Notes: generated by a model not told the origin, from the sequence alone. A DNA stretch of 62,734 nt from Alphaproteobacteria bacterium (GCA_017470585.1 JAFUYI010000002.1:1-62734); one strand, 5' to 3'; numbered from the stretch's first letter, positions 9,116-19,323 are shown. Numbers and translations: made by a program.

Positions 9116-10153
9116 ATGCAAAACTACATTTTCTTAACCAATGAAAGTGCCAACAAGGGTTATAGCTCAAGTGTCAAGGCTCTCGCTGCAACAGTTGAAA
9201 ATCCTACAATCATCGATGCTGCCGATCTGGGCAAGACCGAATTTCCCAAAGGAGCCGTCCTGGTTTCCGCCGGAAACATGGGATTCGAGATGGTAAAAAA
9301 GTACAGCTCCTCCCACGATGTTGTGCTTGCAACAGATCGCTATGCCTACGAAGACCTGGACGAGCTTGGTCTCGGTGTAACGCTCATCGCGCCCAAGTGC
9401 GAGATTGAAAAGTACGCCGCCGCAACCAAGAAAGAAGTTCGCTTCGTTGCCGCCGATCTGGTTGCCTCTCCCAAGGCCGAAGTGATGCGCGGGTATGCCG
9501 GGCATTTCATCAGCGACAATGAAAGCTCGGTAACCGACATCATTTTCAAGGTCAGACCGACCTATTTCTTTTTCTTCGGCGGGAGAGTTTCTGCCCCCAC
9601 GGCAGACAATCCTGACAACTGGAAGGAGAATACGGTCGAGCAGTTTGCCTCTACGGCTGAGGGTATCATGGCTGATGCTGGCGGTGAAGACATTTTCTTT
9701 GTCTTCCACGGGCTGCGTTCACGCACCCGCGGCGACAAGAGCAACGATTTTGCTCCACAGAACGCAGCTTTCGATGTGATGCGCCGCCGTCGTCAGGCAG
9801 GGCAGAGTGTGTTCGTCCTGGTCACGACAGAGATTGGCTCAACCTTTATCGTGATGAACGATGAGGGAGAGAAGATGACATCGGTTAACAACGCCAACGC
9901 CGGAGGGTATTATTTCGCTCTTTGGCAGGCAATACAAACCGATGGCTTCATTTCGTTTACAGCCGAGCAGATGAACCTGACCAACGAGGCTCTCACTCTT
10001 GGTGCAGACTGGGGACTTCTCCGTCCGGTTGGTCAAAAGGACGGATGGAACCTTACAGTTCCCGCCAACGAGGCAACTCACGAGAATGTCTTTGACCTGC
10101 TCGAGAAAGGCGGCAAGCCTTTAACGCAGGTTGAAGCTTTCAAGAAGCTCTGA
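9116..10153 (+). CDS. Hypothetical protein
   Basis: 345-aa ORF with upstream AT-rich region and downstream hairpin; no family recognised. Confidence 0.7.
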   Translation: MQNYIFLTNESANKGYSSSVKALAATVENPTIIDAADLGKTEFPKGAVLVSAGNMGFEMVKKYSSSHDVVLATDRYAYEDLDELGLGVTLIAPKCEIEKYAAATKKEVRFVAADLVASPKAEVMRGYAGHFISDNESSVTDIIFKVRPTYFFFFGGRVSAPTADNPDNWKENTVEQFASTAEGIMADAGGEDIFFVFHGLRSRTRGDKSNDFAPQNAAFDVMRRRRQAGQSVFVLVTTEIGSTFIVMNDEGEKMTSVNNANAGGYYFALWQAIQTDGFISFTAEQMNLTNEALTLGADWGLLRPVGQKDGWNLTVPANEATHENVFDLLEKGGKPLTQVEAFKKL

Positions 10154-10193
10154 AAATGTAAAGAAAGAGGTGCTGCATATGCGGCACCTTTTT

Positions 10194-10748
10194 TTATTCG
10201 GGGTCATAAGAAATGGTCAATACTCCGGTTTTAACACCGGTGGTAAGGGTTGATATATCAGTTATAAAACAGTTTGGTGATACGGCAAAAGTATTGTTTA
10301 TTAAATGTTGTATATAAAATTGACAGGAATTGCCTTTTCCGAATAATCCGTTAATCCAATGATTGTTATTTCCGATAGCACTCAAACCACCGCAGGATAG
10401 ACTTCTTGAATTACAGGATTCGGGGTCTGGTATGTTGGCATTAAAGGTTCCGAAAGTTATATTGTCGGCTTTAACAACCGTATTTCCGCTTATTCCTTGT
10501 GCTGTTCCGTCACCGTGATATGTCCACCATGAATCAGCTGTTGCATTGGGATTGATATAAATTGTTCCCATATCTATATCAGAGGTAACATCTAAATTTG
10601 CATCCGCGCTCGCGGTTTTGGAATTGCCTAAAACCACTTCGTGGTCGATGGTGGTCGAAATTTCAAAATTTTCGGATACTGCGGTTGCATTATAAGCAGT
10701 GTATGAAATGCCTGCTAATAGAAGAATTAAAAAAGTTTTGTTTATCAT
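10194..10748 (-). CDS. Secreted pilin-like protein, copy 2 (type B N-terminus)
   Basis: MINKTFLILLL...AVSENFEISTTIDHE, FNANIP..CN...SCGGL, LTISY; start moved to 10748. Confidence 0.7.
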   Translation of the reverse strand: MINKTFLILLLAGISYTAYNATAVSENFEISTTIDHEVVLGNSKTASADANLDVTSDIDMGTIYINPNATADSWWTYHGDGTAQGISGNTVVKADNITFGTFNANIPDPESCNSRSLSCGGLSAIGNNNHWINGLFGKGNSCQFYIQHLINNTFAVSPNCFITDISTLTTGVKTGVLTISYDPE

Positions 10749-10997
10749 CTGACTTCCCTTTATGGTTTTCTGTCTTAAAAAAACCACCTTTCGGGCATTT
10801 GCCCTAGAGGTGGCTGGAAGTTAGCTACTGCAGTATAAAACAGTGTCGGGTATTCTTTATATTTCCCAACCTTCCAACCATAAAGGCTGAAAGCACTTTT
10901 ACGCAAGTGTATAACGTTATACCGGAGGTAGCTACACCTCAAAACAGGATTTCCCTGCTTCGATTTTTACCCTAGCATAAAAAATTCTTATTGTCAA
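10749..10997 (-). ncRNA. Promoter plus structured leader, copy 2
   Basis: TTGACA promoter; TAGCTAC/GTAGCTA and CGGTATAA/TTATACTG (G-U) pairings; same antiterminator and terminator. Confidence 0.85.
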
Positions 10998-11035
10998 AGA
11001 AAAATTTTATAGTTTTTTATTATTCTCCGCCCTCA

Positions 11036-11370
11036 ATTGTCCTCCTAACCCCAATTGTCGTCCTAAACATCCCCTTTGTCGTCCTGAACTTGTTTCAGGA
11101 CCTCAAAAAAAGATTCCGAAACAAGTTCAGCTCTCTTTCCTTTTTATGTCGGGCTTGACCCGGCAATCCAGGTCTATAATTTAGCAAATTGTTTTACCTG
11201 GACACCGCATCAAGTGCGGCGTGACATAAGAGGGGAGGAGGCTGAATAGATAAGCGGCGCGACATAGGAAGGGAAGGACACCGAAGAGATGCGAGGGGTG
11301 ACGAGGGGGACAGTCAAAAGACACACTCGTTCCGCACTCGGAGTGGGGAACGGTGGCTGAAACGCTCAAA
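11036..11370. repeat. REP/RPE-like palindrome cluster
   Basis: GTCCTGAACTTGTTTCAGGAC, CCGCATCAAGTGCGG; ~11165-11290 is directly repeated at ~28213-28340. Confidence 0.8.
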
Positions 11371-11440
11371 AGCCATTTGGTATTTTTGAATAAAATCGGC
11401 TATAGGTATTTAATACATACGGGGTGGATTATCCTTGCGG

Positions 11441-12910
11441 TTAGTCTTTAAAACAAATACCGTCTTTCCATTTGCCGCCGCATTGCTGGCAAGAATCATA
11501 CCCCAAATTTCTTATATCAGCAGGGCATTTCAGGCATTCATAGTTCAATAAATAGCGTTTTCCTCGACAGGCTCCTTCACATTTCCACTCATTAAATTCC
11601 AAGTTTATCCGTTTATTAGAATCGCAACTCCAACAATGCCCCACCGTATCCATAAGCGGTGTATCTTTCGGGCATTTTAAAACACTTGGAGGATTTCCGC
11701 CGGCGGTATTGATGATTTCTCTGTTTTTACAAACGGCATTACATTGTTTTACTTTGTCAAAATTACATGGCGTATCAACTACTATCTCTTCTTGCGTATT
11801 GCAAGAGTAACATAAATTATTCCACGATTTCAGAGGCTTATCCGACGGACAAACAGTATTATCTGCACCGTTTGGTTCGCCTTTATATCTTTCCCATGCG
11901 TGTTTCAATGGTTTTTGTCCTTTTAGTAAACAATTTCCATCTTGATCAACGTAACGATTTGGGCAAACTTCGCAATTCTGAATATCTATGTCTGAAATAT
12001 ATTCCCATTCCGTCTCGCAAGAATAACAACTTCCTTCTTTGTCGCGTAACGGTGCGTTCTGCGGACATTCTTTTAAGGCACAATTTGCTGTGCTCGGGTG
12101 GCTTCCGCGATGTTCAAGGTTATAAGAGCGGTTAGGACAATATTCTTCGCAAATATACGGAGATCCGACTTCAAAACTCAACAAATCATCACAAGTATAG
12201 CAATGAGTTGAAGATTTAAACGCACACATTTTTTGCTGTGATTTTTGCAAATCTTTTGCATTGCGGCATTTTTCCTGATACCATACTCCTTGACAGGTCG
12301 CGCATTCGCTTCGTGATAAATACTCTTTATTTTCAGGACACTTATAGCTCCAATCTACATCTAAATACCGTTTATTGAGACAAAATTCGGCGTTAGTTTC
12401 TTGATTAAAGCTTAAATCAATCGGTGTTTCTTCATCGCAGCTCCAACACATAAAAAATCTGTCCATTAGCGGTCGGTCTTTCGGACATTTCAGGACACTG
12501 TAAGCGGAAGTTGAACCTGTATAATGAATCATGCGATTTGGGCATTGTTTGATATGGTCTTCTTTCGAATCATTCCACGAAAGACTTACGGCTTCTGTTG
12601 TATCGCAAGAATAGCATTTATCAAAAGATCCCGAAAAAAATCCTTCTTTACTGCATTCTTTATCATTTGTAGAGGTGTCTTTATAAATTGAAACCGCTGT
12701 ATTTTCATCTAAATCGCAAGAAGCATATTTTCCTTTACGTTCGGAAATGCGGTTCGGACAGTGTTTTAAGCAGTTATCAGGCGTTCCGACTCTTAATGAA
12801 TAAGGTGTTTTGCAATCAAAACATTCGCCCTTAACATTAAATATGCAATCTTTCGCTTGGGCGGCTTTTAGCATACATACCATAAAGAATATCAATAAAA
12901 ACTTTTTCAT
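11441..12910 (-). CDS. Secreted cysteine-rich repeat protein
   Basis: Signal peptide; repeated CPxDxPL...CW/YSC, CxxxCPNR and CxxCxGxW units. Confidence 0.8.
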   Translation of the reverse strand: MKKFLLIFFMVCMLKAAQAKDCIFNVKGECFDCKTPYSLRVGTPDNCLKHCPNRISERKGKYASCDLDENTAVSIYKDTSTNDKECSKEGFFSGSFDKCYSCDTTEAVSLSWNDSKEDHIKQCPNRMIHYTGSTSAYSVLKCPKDRPLMDRFFMCWSCDEETPIDLSFNQETNAEFCLNKRYLDVDWSYKCPENKEYLSRSECATCQGVWYQEKCRNAKDLQKSQQKMCAFKSSTHCYTCDDLLSFEVGSPYICEEYCPNRSYNLEHRGSHPSTANCALKECPQNAPLRDKEGSCYSCETEWEYISDIDIQNCEVCPNRYVDQDGNCLLKGQKPLKHAWERYKGEPNGADNTVCPSDKPLKSWNNLCYSCNTQEEIVVDTPCNFDKVKQCNAVCKNREIINTAGGNPPSVLKCPKDTPLMDTVGHCWSCDSNKRINLEFNEWKCEGACRGKRYLLNYECLKCPADIRNLGYDSCQQCGGKWKDGICFKD

Positions 12911-13191
12911 AATTTTTCCGTTATCGTTTAAATATACTGTTTAGGCTATATTTTATAAAAATACTTGTCAATTATAATTTTTCAGTTATCGGATTGTACT
13001 TTGCAATTTTTTGCAGATAAATCAATAGAATGATTTTCCTTTTGTCTTTCAGTTGTTTTAGTGTAAATGGAGTTTTTTTATAAAAAAGGTGTATAAATAA
13101 TAGGATCAAACCATTTTTCAAATTTTTGCAAACATAGCGCAAAATCTGGGCTTTAATGGTATAAAAAATATCCACCGCTTAAGGTAGGTAT

Positions 13192-13217
13192 TTTTTATTG
13201 GTCGGGACTATAGGATT
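13192..13217 (-). repeat. Duplicate of the tRNA-Pro 3' end (att-like)
   Basis: 26 bp identical to 13378-13403 (TTTTTATTGGTCGGGACTATAGGATT). Confidence 0.85.
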
Positions 13218-13384
13218 GTCCGCGACATTGCTAAAGCAATGCTTGTTCCACTGCGCTCATCGGCTAATCGCCGACCGGCACACCCCAGTGTGCCTCTCGC
13301 TCGTAGTCGAACCTACTTCTTCGTAGGTTCGAACCCATACCCCAAGACCAACAAAAAAAGACACCATAAAGGTGTCCTTTTTAT

Positions 13385-13461
13385 TGGTCGGGACTATAGG
13401 ATTCGAACCTACGACATCTTGCTCCCAAAGCAAGCGCTCTACCAGACTGAGCTAAGTCCCG
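13385..13461 (-). tRNA. tRNA-Pro(UGG)
   Basis: CGGGACT acceptor, TAGCTCAG D-arm, anticodon loop TTTGGGA, GTTCGAATC T-loop, encoded CCA. Confidence 0.96.
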
Positions 13462-13548
13462 AAAAAGTAATTAACGAATATCACAAAAAAATATTTTGAC
13501 AATAACTTTTAAGCGGTTATTGACATAAAAATCAATTTGCTTCTTAAA

Positions 13549-13575
13549 GGCGGAGAGGATTTTTATCCCTCCGCC
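13549..13575. terminator. Terminator of cassette copy 3, shared with copy 4 (18290-18316)
   Basis: GGCGGAGAGGAT...ATCCCTCCGCC. Confidence 0.75.
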
Positions 13576-13589
13576 AGATTTGTTTTTAT

Positions 13590-14126
13590 TTAGCCGCCGG
13601 CAGAATAACTGATGTTAAGTGTGCTAGGGTGCTCGCCAACGGTAACTTGAGATATATCAACTATTCCACAGCCGGAAGGAAACACATTAAAGCTGTTAGA
13701 ACTTCCGCTGTATTTAATCTTAAAAATACAGAAACTGCTATCATTTCCGCCAAAGAAATCATCAATCCAATTTTCGTTATTTCCGTTAACACTCAATCCT
13801 CCACAGGAATCAGATGCTGTATTGCAAGCGGAAGGATTGGGGATATTAGCCGTAAAAGTGCCGACCGTGGCATTTGGGGCGGAGACAATCGCTCCTTGAT
13901 CATCTAAACTTATCACCCCCGAATCGCTGTAAGTAAAATATGTATCCTCTCCGGTATAAGCAGGATTTATGGTAATTGTGCCAAAGTCTATATCTCGAGT
14001 TACAGTCAAGCTCACGTCGTGGGCAATCGTTGCTGTTACGGTCATTGTGGCAGTATTTCCGGCATAAGCGGCGTAACTGCCAAGGGCAACTGCGGCAATG
14101 CCGAGCATTAAAATATAATTTTTCAT
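13590..14126 (-). CDS. Secreted pilin-like protein, copy 3 (type A)
   Basis: ATMTVTATIAHDVSLTVTRDIDFGTITINP; CN..SDSCGGL; LNISY. Confidence 0.72.
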   Translation of the reverse strand: MKNYILMLGIAAVALGSYAAYAGNTATMTVTATIAHDVSLTVTRDIDFGTITINPAYTGEDTYFTYSDSGVISLDDQGAIVSAPNATVGTFTANIPNPSACNTASDSCGGLSVNGNNENWIDDFFGGNDSSFCIFKIKYSGSSNSFNVFPSGCGIVDISQVTVGEHPSTLNISYSAGG

Positions 14127-14395
14127 AAGTCTTACTTCCTTTTTTTATTAAAGTTATAAAAAAGAAACCACCCGTTGGAGCTGTATGCTCCGCGAGGTGG
14201 TTGGAAGTTGAGAACTGTTGTATAGTACAGTGTTGGGTATTTGGTCAAACCTTATTTCCCTACCTTCCAACCATAATATACGGCTAGAAGCAATTTTATG
14301 TCTTGATGGGACACTATACAAGAGGTTCTCACACCTCAAAGCAGAATTTCCCCTGCTTCAGTTTTCAAGCTAGCACAAAAATTTCTTATTGTCAA
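14127..14395 (-). ncRNA. Promoter plus structured leader, copy 3
   Basis: TTGACA-N17-TAGCTT; TGAGAAC/GTTCTCA and TTGTATAGT/ACTATACAA pairings; terminator. Confidence 0.85.
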
Positions 14396-14445
14396 AGCAT
14401 TTTTTTAACCAAAAATGCGTGCCTTAAAAATTGCAATTAACAAAA

Positions 14446-14508
14446 AATGTTGCAAAAATGAATTTGCAACATTTTTTGCAACATTTTTTAAAATTTGCAA
14501 CATTTTTA
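14446..14508 (+). repeat. 63-bp perfect direct repeat (left)
   Basis: Identical to 16181-16243; contains three TTTGCAACATTTTT units and one inverted AATGTTGCAAA. Confidence 0.92.
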
Positions 14509-16143
14509 TTTGTTGTTTTGCTTGTTTAATATCCAATTTTTGCCTACAATCTTTAAGGCTCCTTCTTTTTGAAGGGAAGATAGCAACCTGTATGCTTGAT
14601 TTGAAGTTAAATCAAGCATTTTTGCTATTTCATTTCTTGATATGTTATTATTTGCAGAAAGCAGCTCGATAATTTTATTCTTAATATCATTTTGATTTGC
14701 TTTCGTGATTCTTACAGATGTTGTTTTCAATGTTCCTTTCAAAAAGTAAATCGGATTATGTTCATCAAGCAATTCAATCCAATCTTTTTGTAACAAACCT
14801 GATATTATTTCTTTTGCAAACGTTTCTGTGGTTTGTATTAACGCTGCAATTTTTTTCAAATTCATACTTCTCTGATAGAACAAAGCGTTAAGTATCAACA
14901 TTTCATATAAAGAAGGGGTTCCCAAACTCATAATATATTTACAAAACTCAATATTTGCGGTTCCTCCGGCAAGTCTGACAATGACACTGTTTTGATTTGA
15001 ATAAGAATAATCCGGAGCAGGTCTTCCGTATTTTGCTTGAGAGTAGTAAATTATATCAATTCCTCTTCCCGATGTTTCAACAAATTTGAGTTTCATCATT
15101 GCTTCTGACAGCCTGCGATTTCTCGGAGTCGGCGGCATTGAAAGTAAATTATCTATGGTTATACCTTCAAGAAAACCTCCTGCTGATGTAACTCTTAATT
15201 CTGTTGAAAAAACCTGTATTTGTATCCCGGAATGCATTGTATAATCGCGATGAACAAAGGCGTTAGCAAAAGTTTCTCGCAACGCTACTTCAGCATATTC
15301 CGGAATGGTAATACTTCTTCCGTTTATGAATATTTCGTTGGAATTTCTCAATAATTCCGGCTTTTTTAATAGTTCCGGAAACAATCTGGAAATAGGAGTA
15401 TAATATTTTTCATTACGCAATATTTCTCCGGTTTTTCCGAAAACCTGATATTGAACAAAATGGTTAGGAATATGGTTCTGAATGGAATCTTCTTTACCGA
15501 ACAGCAATAAACAAGCAATATTCGGTCTATTGTCTTGTGTGAGCAACCCAAGTGATTTCAAAATATTTACCGAATCTTTGCTGTATATTTCCATATCCGC
15601 CGGCGATTGGTTGTTTTTCAATATTTCCGAAGCCGTCAAAGATACCAATTCTAAATCCACATCATCAATGGATACTCCGTTTAAAACGGTTGCCGATAAA
15701 TCATTCATCCCTAATCTGGTGGTATTTCTTATAATTTCATCAATAGACATTGGTAAATTTTGCGGTTTACCGTGACTGTCTAACTGTCTTTTTAAATACA
15801 AACCGCTTGAAGTGGAAATAACATCTAAACTCTTTTGAACAGAAATCATCACTACAGTTTTTTTATTGTAACTTATAAAAAGAACTTTAGTTGTTAAAGC
15901 CGGACGGGTTCTCTCACGTATCATACCTTCTAAAGCCTGGGGATTACCGGATGCGGCTCTTTTGCTTCCTAAAACCCGTGCGTCATCAGATACTCCGACC
16001 AAAATTACGCCGCCTTCTGCATTTGCCATACTGACACAAGCTTTTATAATAAGTTCATCGCCGAAACTGCTTTTACTATCATCTTTGTATTCCACGCAAA
16101 GCGTTTCACCTGACAAATATTGTGTTAAATCAAGTTGTTCCAT
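14506..16143 (-). CDS. AlbA_2 (Schlafen-like) plus HATPase_c_4 plus winged-HTH protein
   Basis: GETLCVEYK, SMANAEGGVILVGVSDD, ALRETFANAFVHRDY, PRNRRL, ETSGRGI, C-terminal HTH; start moved to ATG 16143. Confidence 0.82.
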   Translation of the reverse strand: MEQLDLTQYLSGETLCVEYKDDSKSSFGDELIIKACVSMANAEGGVILVGVSDDARVLGSKRAASGNPQALEGMIRERTRPALTTKVLFISYNKKTVVMISVQKSLDVISTSSGLYLKRQLDSHGKPQNLPMSIDEIIRNTTRLGMNDLSATVLNGVSIDDVDLELVSLTASEILKNNQSPADMEIYSKDSVNILKSLGLLTQDNRPNIACLLLFGKEDSIQNHIPNHFVQYQVFGKTGEILRNEKYYTPISRLFPELLKKPELLRNSNEIFINGRSITIPEYAEVALRETFANAFVHRDYTMHSGIQIQVFSTELRVTSAGGFLEGITIDNLLSMPPTPRNRRLSEAMMKLKFVETSGRGIDIIYYSQAKYGRPAPDYSYSNQNSVIVRLAGGTANIEFCKYIMSLGTPSLYEMLILNALFYQRSMNLKKIAALIQTTETFAKEIISGLLQKDWIELLDEHNPIYFLKGTLKTTSVRITKANQNDIKNKIIELLSANNNISRNEIAKMLDLTSNQAYRLLSSLQKEGALKIVGKNWILNKQNNK

Positions 16144-16180
16144 TTTTTGCTCACAGATTGTTTTTTTATGCAAATAATAT

Positions 16181-16243
16181 AATGTTGCAAAAATGAATTT
16201 GCAACATTTTTTGCAACATTTTTTAAAATTTGCAACATTTTTA
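16181..16243 (+). repeat. 63-bp perfect direct repeat (right)
   Basis: Identical to 14446-14508. Confidence 0.92.
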
Positions 16244-16350
16244 ATATGTTTTTGCTTTTATAAAAAGTTTTTTGCAATTTATTTTTATAATTTTAATTTT
16301 ATATTTAATAATTGCGGATTACCATAGTCCCCGCGACAAAGGAGGATAAA

Positions 16351-18267
16351 ATGCACTCGATTCACTCATTGATTGTTGATTTAACGCTAATTACCATTTA
16401 TGCCGGAATTACGACACTTATTTTCAAAAAGCTCAAGCAACCCACGGTTTTGGGTTATGTTTTGGCCGGTATTCTGGCCGGACCTTATTTCAGTTTCGTT
16501 CCCACGGTAACCGATAAAGTAAACCTAAACGTATGGGCTGACATCGGTGTTATCTTCCTTCTTTTCGGGTTGGGTTTGGAATTTAGTTTCAAAAAAATGA
16601 TGAATGTCGGAAAATCCGCACTCATTACCGCCAACACGGTTATTTTATTTATGTTGTTTTTAGGCTATAATACCGGATTGCTTTTAGGGTGGTCGGTAAT
16701 GGACAGCTTTTTCTTGGGCAGTATGATTTCCATGTCATCAACAACCATTATTATCAAGGCGTTTAAAGACTTGAACATAAAAAAACAAAAGTTTACCGAT
16801 TTGGTTTTCGGAGTGTTGGTTGTTGAAGACATTATGGGAATTTTGATGCTGGTTTTACTTCCGACAATAGCCTTGGGCAATACCATTGACAGCAAAGAAT
16901 TGGTTTTAAGCACTGCCAAACTGGCTTTTTTCTTGGTCTTGTGCTTTATCATCGGTATTTATTTTGTGCCGAGTTTTTTGAAAAAAATCAACTCGTTTCT
17001 TAATGATGAAATGCTTTTGATAATATCAATAAGCCTTTGTTTCGGAATGGTTTTATTGGCGACATCATCAGGTTTTTCTTCGGCCTTGGGGGCTTTTTTA
17101 ATGGGTTCCATTTTAGCTGAAACCGAGGTTATTGAAAGGATTGAAAAAAACATCAAACCGTTAAAAGATTTTTTCGGAGCGGTCTTTTTCGTTTCGGTCG
17201 GAATGATGGTTGATCCTTCAATGTTTATTCAATATGCCACACCTATTTTAATTATAACCTTGATTGTAATTTTGGGGCAGGTGACATTTTCATGCTTGGG
17301 TTTTCTCTTTTCCGGAGAAACCTTAAAAACAGCAATGCAAGGTGGTTTTTCTTTGGCGCAGGTAGGCGAATTTGCTTTTATTATTGCCAGCCTCGGTATG
17401 AGTATTAAAGTTTTGAACCCGCAAGTTTATCCGATTATTGTTGCGGTTTCGGTAATCACCACATTTTTAACCCCGATGATGATAAAATCGGCGGAACCGG
17501 CATATAATTTTGCCCGCAGAATATTGCCGGAAGCTCTGTTAAAAAGAATTGAAAATACCTCCATTGCCAGAGAAACCAAAATTGAGGAAAAACATTGGAA
17601 ATTGTTGTTTAAGAACTATTTTATCCGCTTGTTTTTATTTGCGGTAATTTTGATTACGATTATCGGTGTTTCCAACTATTTCATCAAACCGTTTATTCAC
17701 GGCCTAATGCCGAATTTAGCGGCAAGAATAACCGTAACTTTAATTACGCTTCTTTTGATGTCGCCGTTTTTGAAAGCTTTAATCGGGTGGGAAACGGTTA
17801 TTCCGATGGTTATTCGCAATAAATTTGTAGGACTCATAAGTAAAATTTCCCGTTCAAAAGAAAAAACAGAAGGGAAGAAAGAATCCCTTATTGAGAAATT
17901 GGGAATCTGTAAGCTTTATGACAAAGAACAGGCAGAAAAAAATTTCTTTGTTTCCAATCATGATGCCGCGGCTATTTATTATAAATTATGGACGGCCAAA
18001 AAGATTAACCGCCTGCCGTTAATGCTGATGACAAGCTTTCGCTTGGTTGCCGTGTTGTTTATAATTTCAACGGTAGTTCACCAGTTTTTAACCGAGAACA
18101 CAAAAGTTACATGGGCTTTGGTGATAATATCAATTATTCTTTTGACACAATCCCGGTGGTTGTTTGAGCAGTATATGAAAATTGAAAAACAGTTTTTAAA
18201 CAACCTTAACGGCGAAAACAACACTTCCGGAAAACCGGAATCGGAAGAAATAAAAAATAAAGCCTGA
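16351..18267 (+). CDS. CPA2-family cation:proton antiporter
   Basis: KQPTVLGYVLAG, FGLGLEFS, SMSSTTII, VVEDI, FFVSVGM, AQVGEFAFII; AGGAGG before ATG 16351. Confidence 0.9.
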   Translation: MHSIHSLIVDLTLITIYAGITTLIFKKLKQPTVLGYVLAGILAGPYFSFVPTVTDKVNLNVWADIGVIFLLFGLGLEFSFKKMMNVGKSALITANTVILFMLFLGYNTGLLLGWSVMDSFFLGSMISMSSTTIIIKAFKDLNIKKQKFTDLVFGVLVVEDIMGILMLVLLPTIALGNTIDSKELVLSTAKLAFFLVLCFIIGIYFVPSFLKKINSFLNDEMLLIISISLCFGMVLLATSSGFSSALGAFLMGSILAETEVIERIEKNIKPLKDFFGAVFFVSVGMMVDPSMFIQYATPILIITLIVILGQVTFSCLGFLFSGETLKTAMQGGFSLAQVGEFAFIIASLGMSIKVLNPQVYPIIVAVSVITTFLTPMMIKSAEPAYNFARRILPEALLKRIENTSIARETKIEEKHWKLLFKNYFIRLFLFAVILITIIGVSNYFIKPFIHGLMPNLAARITVTLITLLLMSPFLKALIGWETVIPMVIRNKFVGLISKISRSKEKTEGKKESLIEKLGICKLYDKEQAEKNFFVSNHDAAAIYYKLWTAKKINRLPLMLMTSFRLVAVLFIISTVVHQFLTENTKVTWALVIISIILLTQSRWLFEQYMKIEKQFLNNLNGENNTSGKPESEEIKNKA

Positions 18268-18340
18268 TGAAAAGCGGTTGAAATTAAAAGGCGGAGAGGA
18301 TTTTTATCTCTCCGCCTGAAAAGTTTTAGATTACTTTTTT

Positions 18341-18886
18341 TCAGCTCGGTGTATAGCTGATGGTCAAAGTTCCGTTATGCCTGCCGGGGGTAACTTGAGA
18401 TATATCTTCTATGTAGCATTGATCCGGAAAGACCGTAAAATTGTTTCCACTTCCGCTATATTTTATTTGGAAACCACATAAATTATCAATAGGATGAGAA
18501 CCATTGCCGAATAAATAATAGATCTCATTACCGGAATTTCCTGTTACACTCAATCCTCCGCAGGAATCACTGTGAGTATTGCAATCTTGCGGATTGGAAA
18601 TATTGGCAGTAAAAATACCTACTGTGGCATTATCTGCCGAAACAATCGCTCTTTTATTATGGTAACTGAATACCCCGGATTCATTATATTGCCACTCTGT
18701 ATCCCATTCGTCATAAGCCGGGTTGATGGTGATTGTGCCAAGGTTTATATCTTGAGTTACACTCAAGCTCACATCGTGGGCGATTGTTGCTGTTACGGTC
18801 ATTGTGGCGGAATTGCCGGCGTAGGCGCAATAAGAACCTATGGACACTGCGGCAACGCCGAGCATTAAAATATATTTATTCATCAT
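18341..18886 (-). CDS. Secreted pilin-like protein, copy 4 (type A)
   Basis: MMNKYILMLGVAAV, SATMTVTATIAHDVSL, GTLTISY; start trimmed to 18886. Confidence 0.72.
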   Translation of the reverse strand: MMNKYILMLGVAAVSIGSYCAYAGNSATMTVTATIAHDVSLSVTQDINLGTITINPAYDEWDTEWQYNESGVFSYHNKRAIVSADNATVGIFTANISNPQDCNTHSDSCGGLSVTGNSGNEIYYLFGNGSHPIDNLCGFQIKYSGSGNNFTVFPDQCYIEDISQVTPGRHNGTLTISYTPS

Positions 18887-19155
18887 AAAAACTTCCTTCT
18901 TTAGTTTCTTTATAACTTTAATAAAAGAAACCACCTTTTGGGTTATTCACCCTAGAGGTGGTCGGAAGCTAGAAACTGACACTTGAATCAGTGCAAAGTA
19001 TTTGATGTATCTCTTATTCCTTTGCCTTCCGACCATTATAGTAGGAAGAATTTTTACGTTTTTCTTAAAAACGTCAAGTGAGAGGCTTCTAGACCTCAAA
19101 GCGGCTTTTCGCTCACTTCAATTCCTACCCTAGCATATAAAATCTTTTATGTAAA
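18887..19155 (-). ncRNA. Promoter plus structured leader, copy 4
   Basis: TTTACA-N17-TAGGGT; CTAGAA/TTCTAG and CACTTGA/TCAAGTG; TGGTCGGAAG/CTTCCGACCA (compensatory change). Confidence 0.85.
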
Positions 19156-19323
19156 GCAGTAAAAAAAATTTTTTAATACTTTGTGGAATTTTATTTATTG
19201 AACGTGTAAATTCTATTTTACAAAAATTATGCGATGGTTTTTATATAAAAAAAGGAAATATATACTTGAAAAATTGATAAAACTGTCGTAGTCTGCCTAT
19301 ATAGAAGAACAAGGAAAACAAAT

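Noticed and set aside
13315-13350. Second tRNA on the plus strand
   Set aside because: Only a T-arm-like fragment; no D-arm, anticodon arm or matching acceptor stem.
14154-14339. Leader-peptide ORFs (also 20197-20427, 24812-25018, 34775-34966, 47148-47339, 60347-60550, 61962-62144)
   Set aside because: Frame, strand, start and length are not conserved between copies; they are shadows of the repeated element.
16312-16350. Cation-sensing riboswitch before the antiporter
   Set aside because: Only a short weak GCGG/CCGC stem; I cannot match a known consensus.
18887-18934. N-terminal ORF extensions in the track (copies 2, 4, 12, 14; also bcp, mnmE, the repressor, nrdD)
   Set aside because: They run through the terminator or RBS region; homologous starts with RBS lie downstream.
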